Source of the DNA: Octopus sinensis
Lineage: Eukaryota
Length of the DNA: 64,000 nucleotides
Assembly: GCF_006345805.1 (NCBI RefSeq)
Contig: NC_042999.1
Coordinates: 130,820,001 to 130,884,000, forward strand
Direction: 5' to 3'
Below, one piece after another: positions 42,620-54,574 of this stretch (positions are counted from its first letter, which is position 1; each line of letters opens with the position of its first letter). The notes under the pieces were generated by a model. It made no database searches. It was not told where the DNA came from and saw only the letters and a list, made by a program, of their open reading frames with translations. A program made the translations under genes and the position numbers.

Positions 42620-43750
42620 CTGAAATGTTCAAAGGCTGATTATGAAGCAGTGATTTTAGAGCTCTGAAATCTTGCAAGCATATTTCAACTCATCTTCTAA
42701 ATAACGGCATGGTTTCTTTCCAGGTAAACTAACATCTGACTTTTCAAAGTCTTCAAAAGTTAACAAGTAGTGACATCTCTTGAAAATGAACAAAATTTCA
42801 CATTGTGGTGTTATCAAGTACCTGCAGGAAAAGGGTTTAGCACCCAACAACATTCATGCTGATATGGTTGCTACTTTAGGGGATGACGCTCCAGCTTTAT
42901 CAACAGTGCAAAAATGGGAAGCTGAATTTAGGAGGGGAAGAGAATGTCTTGAAGATGACCTAAAATTTGAACATCTTGCAACTGCCACCACCGAGGAAAA
43001 CATTTGTATTCACCATATGGTGATGAATGACAAGCAATTGACTATAAATTAAATAACCAATGTTATTAGCATATCACAAAAGAATTGAGAAAATTTTGCA
43101 CAATGAAATTAGCACAACAGAGGTTTCTGCTCGCTGGGTGCCTCAACTGACACCTGATAAAAAATGCACCAGGTTGATCACATCACAGGAAAATCCAACA
43201 TTGTTTCAGGCAGATCCAGTTGGCTTTCTTGAACATTTCCTAACCCAGAACAAGTGTTGAGTCCATCACTCTGAGCCAGAGACAAAATGACAATCTGTAC
43301 AGTGGAAACATCCCTCCTCACCTGCTCTAAAGGAGACTAAGGTTGTTTCATCAGCAGGAAAAGTGATGGCCTCGGTTTTTTGGGATGCAAAAGGCATTGT
43401 GTTTATTGACTATCTTCAAAAGAGCCACAGCATCAATGGAGAGTACTATACTAACTTTCTCAGGCAGTTACAAAAGTGGATCAAGACCAAACATCCAAGA
43501 AAACTGAGGAAAGAAGTCTTGTTTCATTAGGACAATGCTCCAGCACACAAGTGCTTGCTTTCAATGGCTGCTGTGCATGACAGTGGCTTTGAACTGGTTG
43601 GTCACCCTCCTTATTCTCCTGATTTGGCCTCACCTGATTATCATGTTCCCCAACATGGAAAAAATAATGGCTGAGAACCAGTATAGCAGTGATGATGACA
43701 TTATATCTACTGATGATGACTTTTCTGACCAACAGGTAGACAGGCAGATA
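42620..43750 (+). mobile_element. Second decayed mariner (different subfamily)
   Basis: MNKISHCGVIKYLQEKG...STVQKWEAEFRRGRECLEDD, SARWVP, ASVFWD, DNAPAH and YSPDLA motifs broken by stops and frameshifts. Confidence 0.88.
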
Positions 43751-43860
43751 TAATAGAAGTAAGGACCTAAATCCTTCAAAGGGATGTTAAACATCCAAGT
43801 TCAACAGTTCAATCCAAAGTAAAGAATATATATAAATCTATATATTCAATATTAGTACAA

Positions 43861-44266
43861 TATAATAAGGAAAGGAAAAATAGAAGTGTTGACATTGCTT
43901 TATTCCAAGCTGGTACATATATCCAATAAAAATTCTACAAGTTGTTTCCAAGCTTAATTAATTCAAAACAAAATGAATTACAATTCCTTTGAAATCACAA
44001 ATTAGGCTTTTCCTCAGGAATTCATCATTGGAATGAATGAGTTCCACCAACAAATATAAAGACCTTTACAATAGCCCAGAAAGGAGCAGTTATAGGTAAT
44101 ATGAGGGCACTGAGGGTGATAGCCTAATTTGTGATTTCAAAAGGATTATATTTTGTTTTGTTTTAATTAATTAGGCTTGGAAACAATTTGTAGAGTTTTT
44201 ATTGAATATATGTCCCAACTTGGAATAAAGTAACATCTACACTTCTATTTTTCCTTTCTTTATTAT

Positions 44267-44267
<1 letters not shown>
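43861..44267. repeat. Foldback (MITE-like) inverted repeat, arms about 160 bp, spacer about 100 bp
   Basis: tataataaggaaaggaaaaatagaagtg...gaaatcacaaattaggc mirrored by gcctaatttgtgatttc...cacttctatttttcctttctttattata. Confidence 0.85.
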
Positions 44268-44317
<50 letters not shown>

Positions 44318-47112
44318 GTTCAAATGTTACATCATTGAAGACTCCACATTTCTCACAATACAACCTTCTTTTAAAAGTAGTTAGGGTCTTATATAATTAA
44401 AAACTCCATTGCTCTCACTCATTAGAATGTTTTGGTATGGTTTCTGCAGTTGGATACCCTTCCTAACACCAACCACTTTACAGTGTGTACTGGGTGCTTT
44501 TTACATGGTGCCAGCACCAGTGATTTTTATGTGGACCAGCACCAACAGGGTCACTGAGTAACCTGCAAGACAAAAAGATCCTCAGCTGGGAGGAGAGAGC
44601 AGTAGTGAGGGTGATGATGGCTTTGTGCTAGTTGATGAGAGATAAAAGGTATGGAGGGACAGGGGTAGGTATCCTACGGTAGAGCAGATACATGAATATT
44701 CCAGATGAAAAAGAAAGGTAGGTGGGTTGGTAAGATAATGAGAGCAATAATGAGAGATAGTGACAAAGATGTGTCAGGACATGCCTTTGAGGGACATTGT
44801 GGGTGGTGAGAAAAGTGGTTATACAGAGGTTTAGACAGGGTGGATGGACAGAGTAGAGGTAACTGAGGCAAATGATGGAGTGAAATATAGGAGAGGGGCA
44901 GGGGTTTGCAGTAGGTATATGAGGGCATTGAGAGTGATAGCAGATAAGTGAGGTGTTAATTATGGAGAACAACACAGGAGAGCAGAAGCACAAAAAGGAG
45001 GTGATTGGTGGAGACAGTAGGTGGGGGAAGCTAATGGAAGTGGTTCAGGGTGGGGAAAATAACTGAGAAAGCAAGGGGATGTGGTACACGGATATTCTGC
45101 TCTCTGGTGATAGAGAGGTGATGTGTGTTAGGGGATGAAAGGTGAGGGGAAATGGTTGTCAAAGCAGAGAGGATGCAGGTAGGCATGGAGCAAAGCCCCT
45201 CCTGGACAAGTATTAACCAAGGTGGTTTAGGATATCAATTCTGCTGTGGTGAATGGGTCTTCTTGAGTACAGAAAGGCACCAGATATCTCAGCTCTTTGT
45301 CATTTATATATACATGACTCAGTGCAATGATCCAAACTAGAAAGTCACAAAGAGATGAGAGTTGGATGGAGCCTATAGATGGCAAGTTTTGCCAGAAGAT
45401 TCATAAGCTAGATATGGTCAAATGTTCTACAAACCTGACCAAATTATATCATGGGAAAAAAATGAACATTTAATGCAGTTGTTTAGACTCAGGTAAGGCT
45501 TAAATAAGCAGATCTATGATCAAAGACATTCTGACTGTAACCAGTTTGTCTTTTCATATAGTAAGGAATACACAGTTCAATATTTGCTTCATTTTATAAT
45601 AGTGTGATTTTGAGAGCTTCAGTTGCTACTTCAAGCAGTTCACATAACTGTGTAAAGGCATCTACATTAGTTCAACGAATGTATAAATCTTTGTGGTGGT
45701 ATCGATAGTAGCAGTAATGATACTCTAAAATGTAATAGTTTAAGAAAAAAAATTCTCTTTTTAAGATGGCATGGTGCAATGTGAGAGATTCTGTTATTTT
45801 AAAAAGTCGGGTGCCATATAGAGGCTTCCTAAAAGCGCTAGAGGTGTAACACGCTTAGTTGTTCAAGTAATTCTCTATCATGGGTTATACAATAAACTTA
45901 GAAACATGTACACATGTTATATCCCTCTGAGGAAAACCACTACCAACAGCCTAAGAGGAAGAGAAAGCACGAATACATAATCAGCATCACATTCCCTTTG
46001 TTTCACTTCTAAACCTTGCTAGCTGTACAGAAAATTCTTTGCTGAGGTTTAATAAGACAAAAACACATCAGTGGTTTCACTAGATGGTTTTTAAAGATGA
46101 GGTCCACTCTTATCTACATGATCTTTTATTTTTTACTTGTTTTAGTCATTTGATTGCAGCCATGCTAGGGCACCACCTTGAAGTGTTTTAGTCAAACAAA
46201 TCTCAGGTAGTACTTATTCTATCGGCCTCTTTTTACCAAACCATTAAGTTACAGGGAAGTAAACATACCAGCACTGTTTGTCAAGAGGTGGTGGGAGACA
46301 GACACAAGGGCACAAACACGCATAGATATATACAAATACACATATACGACAGGCTTCTTTCAGTTTCTGTCTACCAAAACGACTTAAAAAGGGTTTGGTT
46401 GGCCTGAGGTTATAGTAGAACACACCTGCCTGAGGTGCCATGCAGTGAGACTAAACCCAGAACTTTTTTGTTAGGAAGCAAACTTTTTACCACACAACAC
46501 CTGCGACCAAACATTTTGGTTAGCTTAGCTAATCTTATCTCCTTTGTTTTCATATTTTAAACACTGTCAGGAGTTTTAAGGCAACTAATCATGTGGATCT
46601 CAGTTAATCAAAGATTTTCAACCCACCATGTTACATGCAGGACTCTGCCTTATATGTATTTAATATGAAAATTGCTCCCCAGAGGTAGTTTCCTTCAACA
46701 AAATATTGCTGATATTCATAATCTGTATCACTACATTACTTCTTTTCCTTTAAAAGTGAACTGCTTCTAAATCTGCAGAATCAAATGAATGTTTCACTGA
46801 GGAGGTCTAATAAGACTGAAATATATACATTTTCTTTCACCGGTTGGCTATTAAAAAATAACAGACTCCCATCTGCATAGAATATATTTTGCTAAACTTT
46901 TTGGTCACCTTAATGGGGTTATATCCTTTGTTATTAGATTTTATAAACACTCCATAGAGGGAGTTTTTGTCTAGTTGAAGAGATAAAGTTTGTTGCTTGA
47001 AGTTAATTAACTCTGATACATGCATGAAATCCTACAATGGTATATAACCAGCTAAGCTTGTCTGGCAAATTGTCTGGCAGAACAGAGTCAAGATATTTTT
47101 TTTTTCTTTTTT

Positions 47113-47700
47113 GCAGAATTCTGTTTTAAGCATGCTATTTTAACCCCTCATAACTTTTTTATTTTCAGAAACTTTTTGTGAATTTGTATTTTACACACAA
47201 CTACAAAAGAATTTTTAATTTTTCGAAATTAAAAAAATTTTTTTTTAACTTTTCGAAATAAAAATTTTTTTTTAATTTATATTTTTCAATATTTTTCTTC
47301 CCATAAACATATTTAATGGTCTATTGCTAGGATTTAAGCCAAAAATTCGGACTGTCCGTATTTTAAACTGTGATTTAAAAAAAAATTTTTTTTTTTAATT
47401 TTTCGATTCTTTTAAAAATACGGACAGTCCGAATTTTTGGCTTAAATCCCAACAATAGACCATTAAATGTGTTTATGGGGAGAAAGGTATTGAAAAACAT
47501 CATCAATACGTCAGTGACAAAGCAAGAGGATATGAGGTTGGTCGTGAGATGTGTCAAAAATCACGCACCAATTTTTTTTTTTTATGCATAATCGTATCAA
47601 TTCCCGTGTGTAGAACACAAATTCGCAAAAGTTTTCTGAAAATTCCAGGAAAATAAAGAAGTTATGATGAGTTTAATAGAGCGAATAAGCAGAATTCCAC
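47113..47700. repeat. Foldback element with nested inverted arms
   Basis: Inner arms at about 47282-47367 and 47411-47497 (ggatttaagccaaaaattcggactgtccgtattt and its complement); outer arms at about 47113-47200 and 47605-47700. A related arm occurs at about 42110-42175. Confidence 0.85.
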
Positions 47701-48632
47701 CTTTTTTGCTTTGTTTTTTTACTAAAGAATAAAAAGTTAGAAAAGTGTTACAGTACATGGGTGTACATTGCTGTAGAAAGGTCATATCAACAATTGGAAT
47801 TGTCCTCTTCATAAAATACTCTGCTTTTCACAATGTCGACGAAGCCACGAAATGTATGGAGAGACTATTCAAAAATTTCACCTATGTACTCAATGTTTAT
47901 TATTCAGGCAAAATGCTAAATAATAAAGAACTATTTAGTTGCTGTGTATATAGAATGTTCGTAACAAGTTTATTTATTAGTTTCATTGTGTAGCTGCCGA
48001 AGTTAAAAAGTTTGGGCGACTTTAAGAGATGAAATCGGTGTTTACAAATTCAATCAATTTGGTTTTAAGTGTAAGTAAAAGCTACAAAAATATGTATAAA
48101 AATTAATGAGAACAATTACACAGTGAGTTATAAATAATTGAATTTCAGATCAGATCAAACACTAGTGAAATATATATACTATTGGCCTTTTTTTCTGGGA
48201 AAAGGGTTACATTAAAATTGTTATACATTTACAGGGAGTACTCTGAGGGATACACTTACATACAAAATGTTACGCTTATAAACTTCGAGAAGGGAGATTA
48301 ATTATTTCATTTGATGTTTATTTTGTTTTAGATATTGATCCAGAAAAACACGGGCTGTGTCTATGGCCACTGTGCAGGCATTGAAGATAATTTTAATATT
48401 TAATCTACATTCTACAGACGTTCAAGTTGAGAATCGGCAACACTGCTACCAGTCAGGAACTCTAATGATCACATCATGGACACTTTTTTTTGTTTGTTTT
48501 TTAATGGCTCTCTTAGACTGGTGTGGTTTGGAAAAGTTCCGCAACTTGTTAACTGCCAGGTCAGACCTACGATGAAAGGTGTCCCTGTCACGATGTCATT
48601 TAATATGCCTGGAACTATATTGACTAAATCCT

Positions 48633-48806
48633 TTCGCTGGTAGGGAGCTTTTATAATTAGGGTGACTGGAGTATTGGTCGTGTCCCCCATCGTGAAAAGA
48701 GACAAAATGAAATGGCTTGAAGTGCTGGAAACAGAAATTCCCTCCTATATAAAATGAAGATAGCAATATTTGCTCCACAGTTCTGTAAGCAAATAGATAA
48801 ACAAAC
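48633..48806 (-). pseudogene. Partial intronic duplicate of HERPUD coding exon 1 (acceptor, 5' UTR and first 19 codons)
   Basis: Aligns by eye to 50504-50682 at roughly 80-85% identity. Acceptor tttgcttacag retained at 48783-48785; ATG at 48690 gives MGDTTNTPVTLIIKAPYQR, then unrelated sequence. Confidence 0.85.
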
Positions 48807-50121
48807 GTGATTTGAGGAATATTCGGCTGTTGTCCACACGCAAGTAAGCCATCATTGGTTCGCAGTGATGTTTAGAGCTGCAGCAGATTTTCATGTAATA
48901 TATTTTATACCGTATCTCAGATATTATTTATGAGTGCTAGACTTGAAAAAAAAAATTTTTTAACTCAACAAAGAACTAAGCAGAGTTTTCTAACTATTTC
49001 CAACATCTAAATATTTGTTTTTTCAACTTACTCAATAGATGACACATTAACTTAATTTTCGCATACAACTTTTTAAAAGTTTTTTGTTTGTTTTTTTTTT
49101 TCTTTTACCAATGGATTTCTACTGAAACTCTGGCAATTTTGCATCACTCCTTCGGAATGATGTGTTGGCGATATGTGACGGCAGCACCCAGACCAAAAAA
49201 TACTATCACATTCATTATCTCGGTAGTATCATAACGTAAATAAATGTTGCCTGACCCATTTATGAAATTAGTTCTCACAACGTATAAGAAATTCATACGT
49301 GGCTATGTACTACCGTCACTGTTGATTATTGAAATTCTAACATATGACAAGACAGCAAAACTAACCTGCAAAATTATTGCAAGTTAGGTTAATAAACAAA
49401 ATTAGCAAATAAAAAGAATATTTTCTTATAAATCTAATAATCTGTTTATGCCTTTTCAAGTATTGCTGGTCCAATAATAATAGATCACGAGAAATGACTT
49501 TTATAAACAGCAGAAATACCGAAATCATAAACAAAACGTGTAAATAAGGTTATTTTTGCACTGAAATTTTTAATTCGGTGGGATATAACTGGAAATCTTA
49601 CGAATTTAGAAATGGTAAGTCAAGATAAGTCCCAAACATAAGGAAAATATGACAAGCAGGATTGTTGTTTATTTGGGGAATCAGCAAATATCTTAATATA
49701 ATAAATATAATTTAAGTCGGAAATAAACTTCATATTCAGTTTTTAAGCTAAAATAATGTATCTGTTAGGAGTGGGGACGACTGACAATATAACCTCGGGA
49801 GGAAGTCGATGTATTTCAGATTGTTTATTTTCGAATCGAACTAAAACACTAGATTGAAGTTATCTTATAGCCATGGACGTCCATATACATACACTTCATA
49901 TACTAAATAAACAGACATTTTTTAGAAAGTCTGCAGACTGTCGTTTAGATTCGAGACAGATTTAAGAGATTTTTGAAAATATGGAATAATATAACCGCGT
50001 TCCACGTTGACTGGTTGAAGGAATAGGATATGAAGATTGTTGTTTATTTCTTCAGACTACCGATACATACATCTGTTGGTTTTAGGAAATGAATACGTAT
50101 ACTGTACATACACACACACAC

Positions 50122-50197
<76 letters not shown>

Positions 50198-50417
50198 GTG
50201 TGTGTGTGTGTGTATGTAGGTAAATCCGGCCTCCGTCTTCAGGGTGGAGAAATACGTGTGTCTATACACACATGCATACATACATACATGTGATAGATAG
50301 ATAAACAGACAAACAGATAGATAGATAGATAGAATATTTGTAAGTTAAACCTTTGAGACAAACAAAATATTCATAGCAAATATATCAAATAGACAAAAGT
50401 GTAGCAATAAAACTTAC

Positions 50418-50561
50418 GGGTTGATTTGGGTAAACATCAGAAAGATGGCTTTTAAGTTTTCTAACAGTCCATTCAAGCATACAATCAACTGTAACATCCG
50501 CGATTCGCTGGTTGGGAGCTTTTACAATTAGAGTGATTGGGGTATTGGTCGTGTCCTCCAT
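50418..50561 (-). CDS. HERPUD2: Herp/HERPUD coding exon 1 (ATG; N-terminal half of the ubiquitin-like domain). The exon starts at 50658 with 5' UTR after a cag acceptor, implying an unlocated upstream non-coding exon
   Basis: Encodes MEDTTNTPITLIVKAPNQRIADVTVDCMLEWTVRKLKSHLSDVYPNQP (48 codons), matching the Herp UBL start. Phase-0 donor CCC|gtaagt at 50417. Acceptor tttgctcacag at 50659-50661. Paralog number (1 or 2) cannot be resolved for an invertebrate single-copy Herp. Confidence 0.92.
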
Positions 50562-52491
50562 GGTGAAAAGAGACAAAATGAAATGGCTCGAAGTTAAAGT
50601 GCTGGTAATACAAATTCCCTCTTTCTCAAATGGAGATATCAGTATATGTTCCACAGTTCTGTGAGCAAATAGATAAACAAACAATATCGTTGTCGAGAAG
50701 AAACAACAAAAAACTTGACTGATGTAATAAGAGCTATAGCAGTAAAGCAGGACAAATTGTAAACGGTGTTAACCTATATATTTAGGAATGAGCTTTTACT
50801 GAAGGAAGGGTGGAGCTGGATCTGAGTGGACGGTGACAAAACACGTAGACCACTAAAACTATCCTAGACTACTTGTATTTATGGGGTGTCTAAGTTTCTA
50901 AAATTATTAACAATCTGGCGAGAAAATGTTAGTATTAGCTTATTAAGATTATTTTTTGCAGTTTACTGTTCTACAAGACGTAACATCAAAACAGATGTAT
51001 AGTATTTTCTTTGTTTAAGGAATTAAAGTAAAATGTCATATTAGAATCGAAATAAAAAGAGAAAGAGTCAAATTCTTTTACAAGTTGCAGTTCTGGCACG
51101 AAAGTTGAAAGTCTGCTAGGCTGCATTATAGTATTATTATACAAGATGCATCATAGTTTCCCAGAGAAACGTCAGTTTTGGTAGATTACTTCTCATCATT
51201 GCTGACTTTGTAATTTTTTTTCTTCTTTGATGTGAAGGTGTTTGGTAAAAGATAAACGTGTCAAAAGACTATTTCATGAGATGACAGTCACAATTTGAGG
51301 CCTCACTTTGATTTATAAAATGTTGATGGTGATGTCAAATTCTATACTTCGATGACCTCATTGACTCCATCACCAGCGGAAGGAGCCGGAACAGGAAGTA
51401 CACGTATCAAATTCGTGCAACACGGACAAAATATTTCACTGTTTACTCAATAAAGCGTTACAAACGATGGAAAAAAAAAAGAAAACAAAACAAAACGATG
51501 ATACTGGGTATCAGTGATCAGGTTATACTCATATCATATAAGACTTCGATTATTAACTATGTAAGAAGAATAAATAAATTAATGTAGCACGTCTGTTTAA
51601 TTTGTAAAACTAGTTGAGCCTCGACAGATATCTGTTGCGTCATGCGACCTGAGATTAAATTCTTTCCAAAACAAATACAATGATGATCCGCGACTTAATG
51701 ATTGGTTGATATAAGTTTTTGAAAAAGAAAACCAAACAAATGTTCTGTAAATCTAGATTTTCTAAAATATGACTCAGAGTTGGTATAAACTCTTGAAGTA
51801 AACATTCCTTTAAGGAAATTATTTTTATTAGATCTTAGGTATTTAATTCGCTCTGAACACAAATTTGTGGATAACAAAACAAGGGCAGATTGAATTTTTA
51901 CAGGTATGTGATTCCCAAAGGAAAGGATCGGAGGGACTTAAATATTAAAGTTGACGAAAAGAAATTTTTTTAGGACGAACTGAATCAAGTGCAGGAGAAA
52001 AATAACAACAAAAAAATGAAACTTTTATAGTAAACTTATGATGAAAAAGTAATTGTGATTTTTTTCCTGAATAAACAGTAGAATGTGTGTTTGAGAGAGA
52101 GAGAGAGAACGAGAAAGATAGTGTGCGTGCGCGCGCGCGAGTGTGTGTGTGTGTGAACATCAATCACTTTCAATTTGGAAAGTTATCAGTTCTTCAGGGT
52201 TCAACAGATGTAGTAGTTATGATGCAATTCTCTGTATATGTGAAGTGTACTTTTGAATTTTGTGGGCGATTTTTAAGTATGTCAAATGCGTGATTAAGTT
52301 AAGTACTTTGGACAAGTTGAATGATTTTGTTAGAGAATCGATGGGTATGTATACACACACACAAACACACATAATTTATTAGTTGAGAAGCTACATCAAT
52401 GATGTAAAGGCCTTGAGTTTCAGACCAAAAACACTCATCAAATTGTACTTTGGCACAAGACCCTCGGCGCTTGAGTCATTGATATAGTTTA

Positions 52492-53005
52492 TCTATATAT
52501 ATATAAAACTGTAGTTGTGAGTGTCTGTCCCCTTCGATTTAGATTCCTAACTATTCCCACATTTTGCGGTGCAGTTTAACCAAATTCGGGTATCTTATAG
52601 TCGTGATTCATATCGAGCCCGTCTGGGTATTAGCGCGCGTCTACGATGAGTCTACGATTTTAAAAATAATTTAACATCATTTTTTATTCCATTTTAATGC
52701 ATAATTTTTCGTGTGTCGATGGCAGCGGAGTTGGCGTCCATGGTCACACCTGCACCTGTTTGCTTCTCCTCCTTCTTCCCTCCCTCGTGAAGCTGTGGGG
52801 GAAGGGAGTGTAAGGAAATCAACGTCGTAAAGCGTTGTCAAGGAGACCAGCGTTCTTTTAGAACAACGACTTCATGGTTTGAAGACACCAAAACAGAAAT
52901 GGCTAAGAAAGCCCGAATTGGCATCTATAAGGGAAGTAACTCTCTAAAAATGCTTATGTAGTTATTTCCCTTACAAACCCGAGCAACGCCGGGCGATACT
53001 GCTAA
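52492..53005 (+). mobile_element. Non-autonomous Helitron
   Basis: a|TC start at 52492; 3' hairpin cccgagcaacgccggg; terminal CTAA|t (variant of CTAG); A^T target, no TSD. Confidence 0.7.
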
Positions 53006-53720
53006 TTGACTATAAATAAGATACAGCACTCTGTTTTATGTATTCAGTTCTGGTTCTTCCCCTTCTTCCCTCTCTATCTTTCCTTCCTTGTGTGTGTGTG
53101 TGCGTGCGCGCGCGCGCGTGTGTGTGTGTTTCTTTGCCTAGTTATTGCATGACAGTTGTAGCTGAATGTCAGTGTTATTCATTTCCAGCCTTCTGTAATA
53201 AACATGTCCGGCCAAGGGGAAATGTTACCTTACTTAGAAACGGGTAAGGATTTGTGACAGGAAGGACATCTAGCAGTAGAAAATCTATGTCATCGATTTC
53301 CCTTTGGCCTACACAAGCATGGAAAGTGAATGTTGAAATGATTGTGATTATGATGATGATGATGAAATAGTGTCCTGTCCAGATAAAGATATATCTTTGA
53401 TCATATTAACTCATCAGAATTCAGAGATAAGCGCCAACCCTGATGAACACAGCAATCCATGCAAGGACGTTAGTCATAGATGAACAACTCCATATATGGC
53501 ATATACTTCTGTGAGTATACACAAAGACCAGTTTTTCAAAGTCATTTTTAATCTTGGTTTGACATCTTATACACACATGCACACACACACACACATACAC
53601 ACACACACACACACACAACACACACACACACACATACATATTATGTCAGACTTGGCTGAACAAATGAACAGATACATTATTTACATTCAACGGATATTTG
53701 TCCTCATCTTGTTTGTTGTT

Positions 53721-53766
53721 AACACAACGTTTCGACTGATATACGCTCCAGCCTTCATCAGGTGTC
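53721..53766 (-). ncRNA. Minimal type I hammerhead ribozyme, core intact
   Basis: Minus strand GACAC-CUGAUGA-A-GGCUG(gagcguauau)CAGUC-GAAACGUU|GUGUU: stem I 5 bp, stem II 5 bp, palindromic ACGU stem III, predicted cleavage after GUU between 53726 and 53725. Confidence 0.75.
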
Positions 53767-53843
53767 TTGGGGAAATTTCGAACCTAGGTTCTCATTCCTA
53801 AGGTATTTTTCGATCTTGTTGTTGTTATTATTATTATTATTAT

Positions 53844-53881
<38 letters not shown>

Positions 53882-53902
53882 ATATTAGTAGTAGTAGTAG
53901 TA

Positions 53903-54050
53903 TTCAGGTCACTGCCTGGAATCGAACTCAGAATCTTGGGGTTAGTAGCCCGCGCTCTTAACCACTGTGCCATATGCTGTGGCATAGTAGTTAAGAGCGC
54001 AGGCTACTAACCCCAAGATTCCGAGTTCGATTCCAGGCAGTGACCTGAAT
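53903..54050. promoter_or_regulatory. Two divergent tRNA-like internal Pol III promoters (A and B boxes)
   Basis: Minus strand TGGCACAGTGGTTAA...GAGTTCGATTCC; plus strand TGGCATAGTAGTTAA...GAGTTCGATTCC; the two A-box starts are 7 nt apart (53972 and 53980). Confidence 0.7.
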
Positions 54051-54124
54051 AATAATAATAATAATAACAACAACAACATCGAAAATACCTTAGGAATGAG
54101 AACCCAGATTTTAAATTTCCCCAA

Positions 54125-54170
54125 GACACCTGATGAAGGCTGGAGGGTATATCAGCCAAAACGTTGTGTT
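54125..54170 (+). ncRNA. Minimal type I hammerhead ribozyme, core mutated (G12 to A at 54158)
   Basis: GACAC-CUGAUGA-A-GGCUG(gaggguauau)CAGCC-AAAACGUU-GUGUU; mirror image of the left-arm motif. Confidence 0.65.
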
Positions 54171-54574
54171 AACAACAAACAAGATGAGGACAAATATCCG
54201 TCAATTGTAATTAACGTACATAATTCCTCATCTCTTAAATATAGAACTGTATTAAATGAACAGATGTATGAAAAATCTTTTAGCCAGTCTGGTAAGTTGC
54301 AATTTTAACTAAAAATAACAATTTGCTTTATATTTAGATAATACAACAATTATTCACCCACTGAATATAATTTTAAGCTTTTATATACAATATATACCCA
54401 GTAGAAACTCCATATGGTGTACCCAGTGCAAGCTATGGACACATAAGAGGTGCAGTGGTATCACAGGAAGGTTAACAGAGAAAGTAGTCTTTGTATGTGG
54501 CCGATGTGCAGGTGCATTAAACACTAGAAATTAGCAGTACAGAAAATAGAATCCCTCAAATATCCAGGAGAATC

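Larger units (their letters stand above)
53674..54253. mobile_element. Palindromic short retroelement: two head-to-head copies of [tRNA-like head, microsatellite, hammerhead], Penelope/SINE-like
   Basis: Inverted symmetry centred at about 53976; 12-bp direct repeat AAATGAACAGAT at 53662-53673 and 54254-54265. Confidence 0.85.

Noticed and set aside
44560-45200. Purine-rich stretch with minus-strand ORFs of 121 and 84 aa
   Set aside because: It follows an RTE-tail repeat, has no recognisable domain or splice structure, and is probably an old repeat body.
48469-48705. A second HERPUD paralog
   Set aside because: Only 19 codons are homologous and no duplicated downstream exons exist in the window; it is treated as a partial exon duplication.
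51360-51920. ETS-like CGGAA motifs near 51380 and a plus-strand cag|gtatgt donor-like site at 51903, suggesting a promoter or divergent gene
   Set aside because: No supporting exon or ORF; short motifs alone are not enough.
52220-52228. TGATGCAAT (C/EBP-ATF composite site, known from the vertebrate HERPUD1 promoter); variant at 49138-49146
   Set aside because: A rough composition-based estimate gives about one chance hit per window of this size, the TSS is unknown, and I found no ERSE-I or ERSE-II match nearby.
53903-54050. Genuine tRNA genes
   Set aside because: A and B boxes are present, but the acceptor, anticodon and T stems pair poorly and the heads are part of a repeat; the same applies to 16321-16400 and the other SINE heads.
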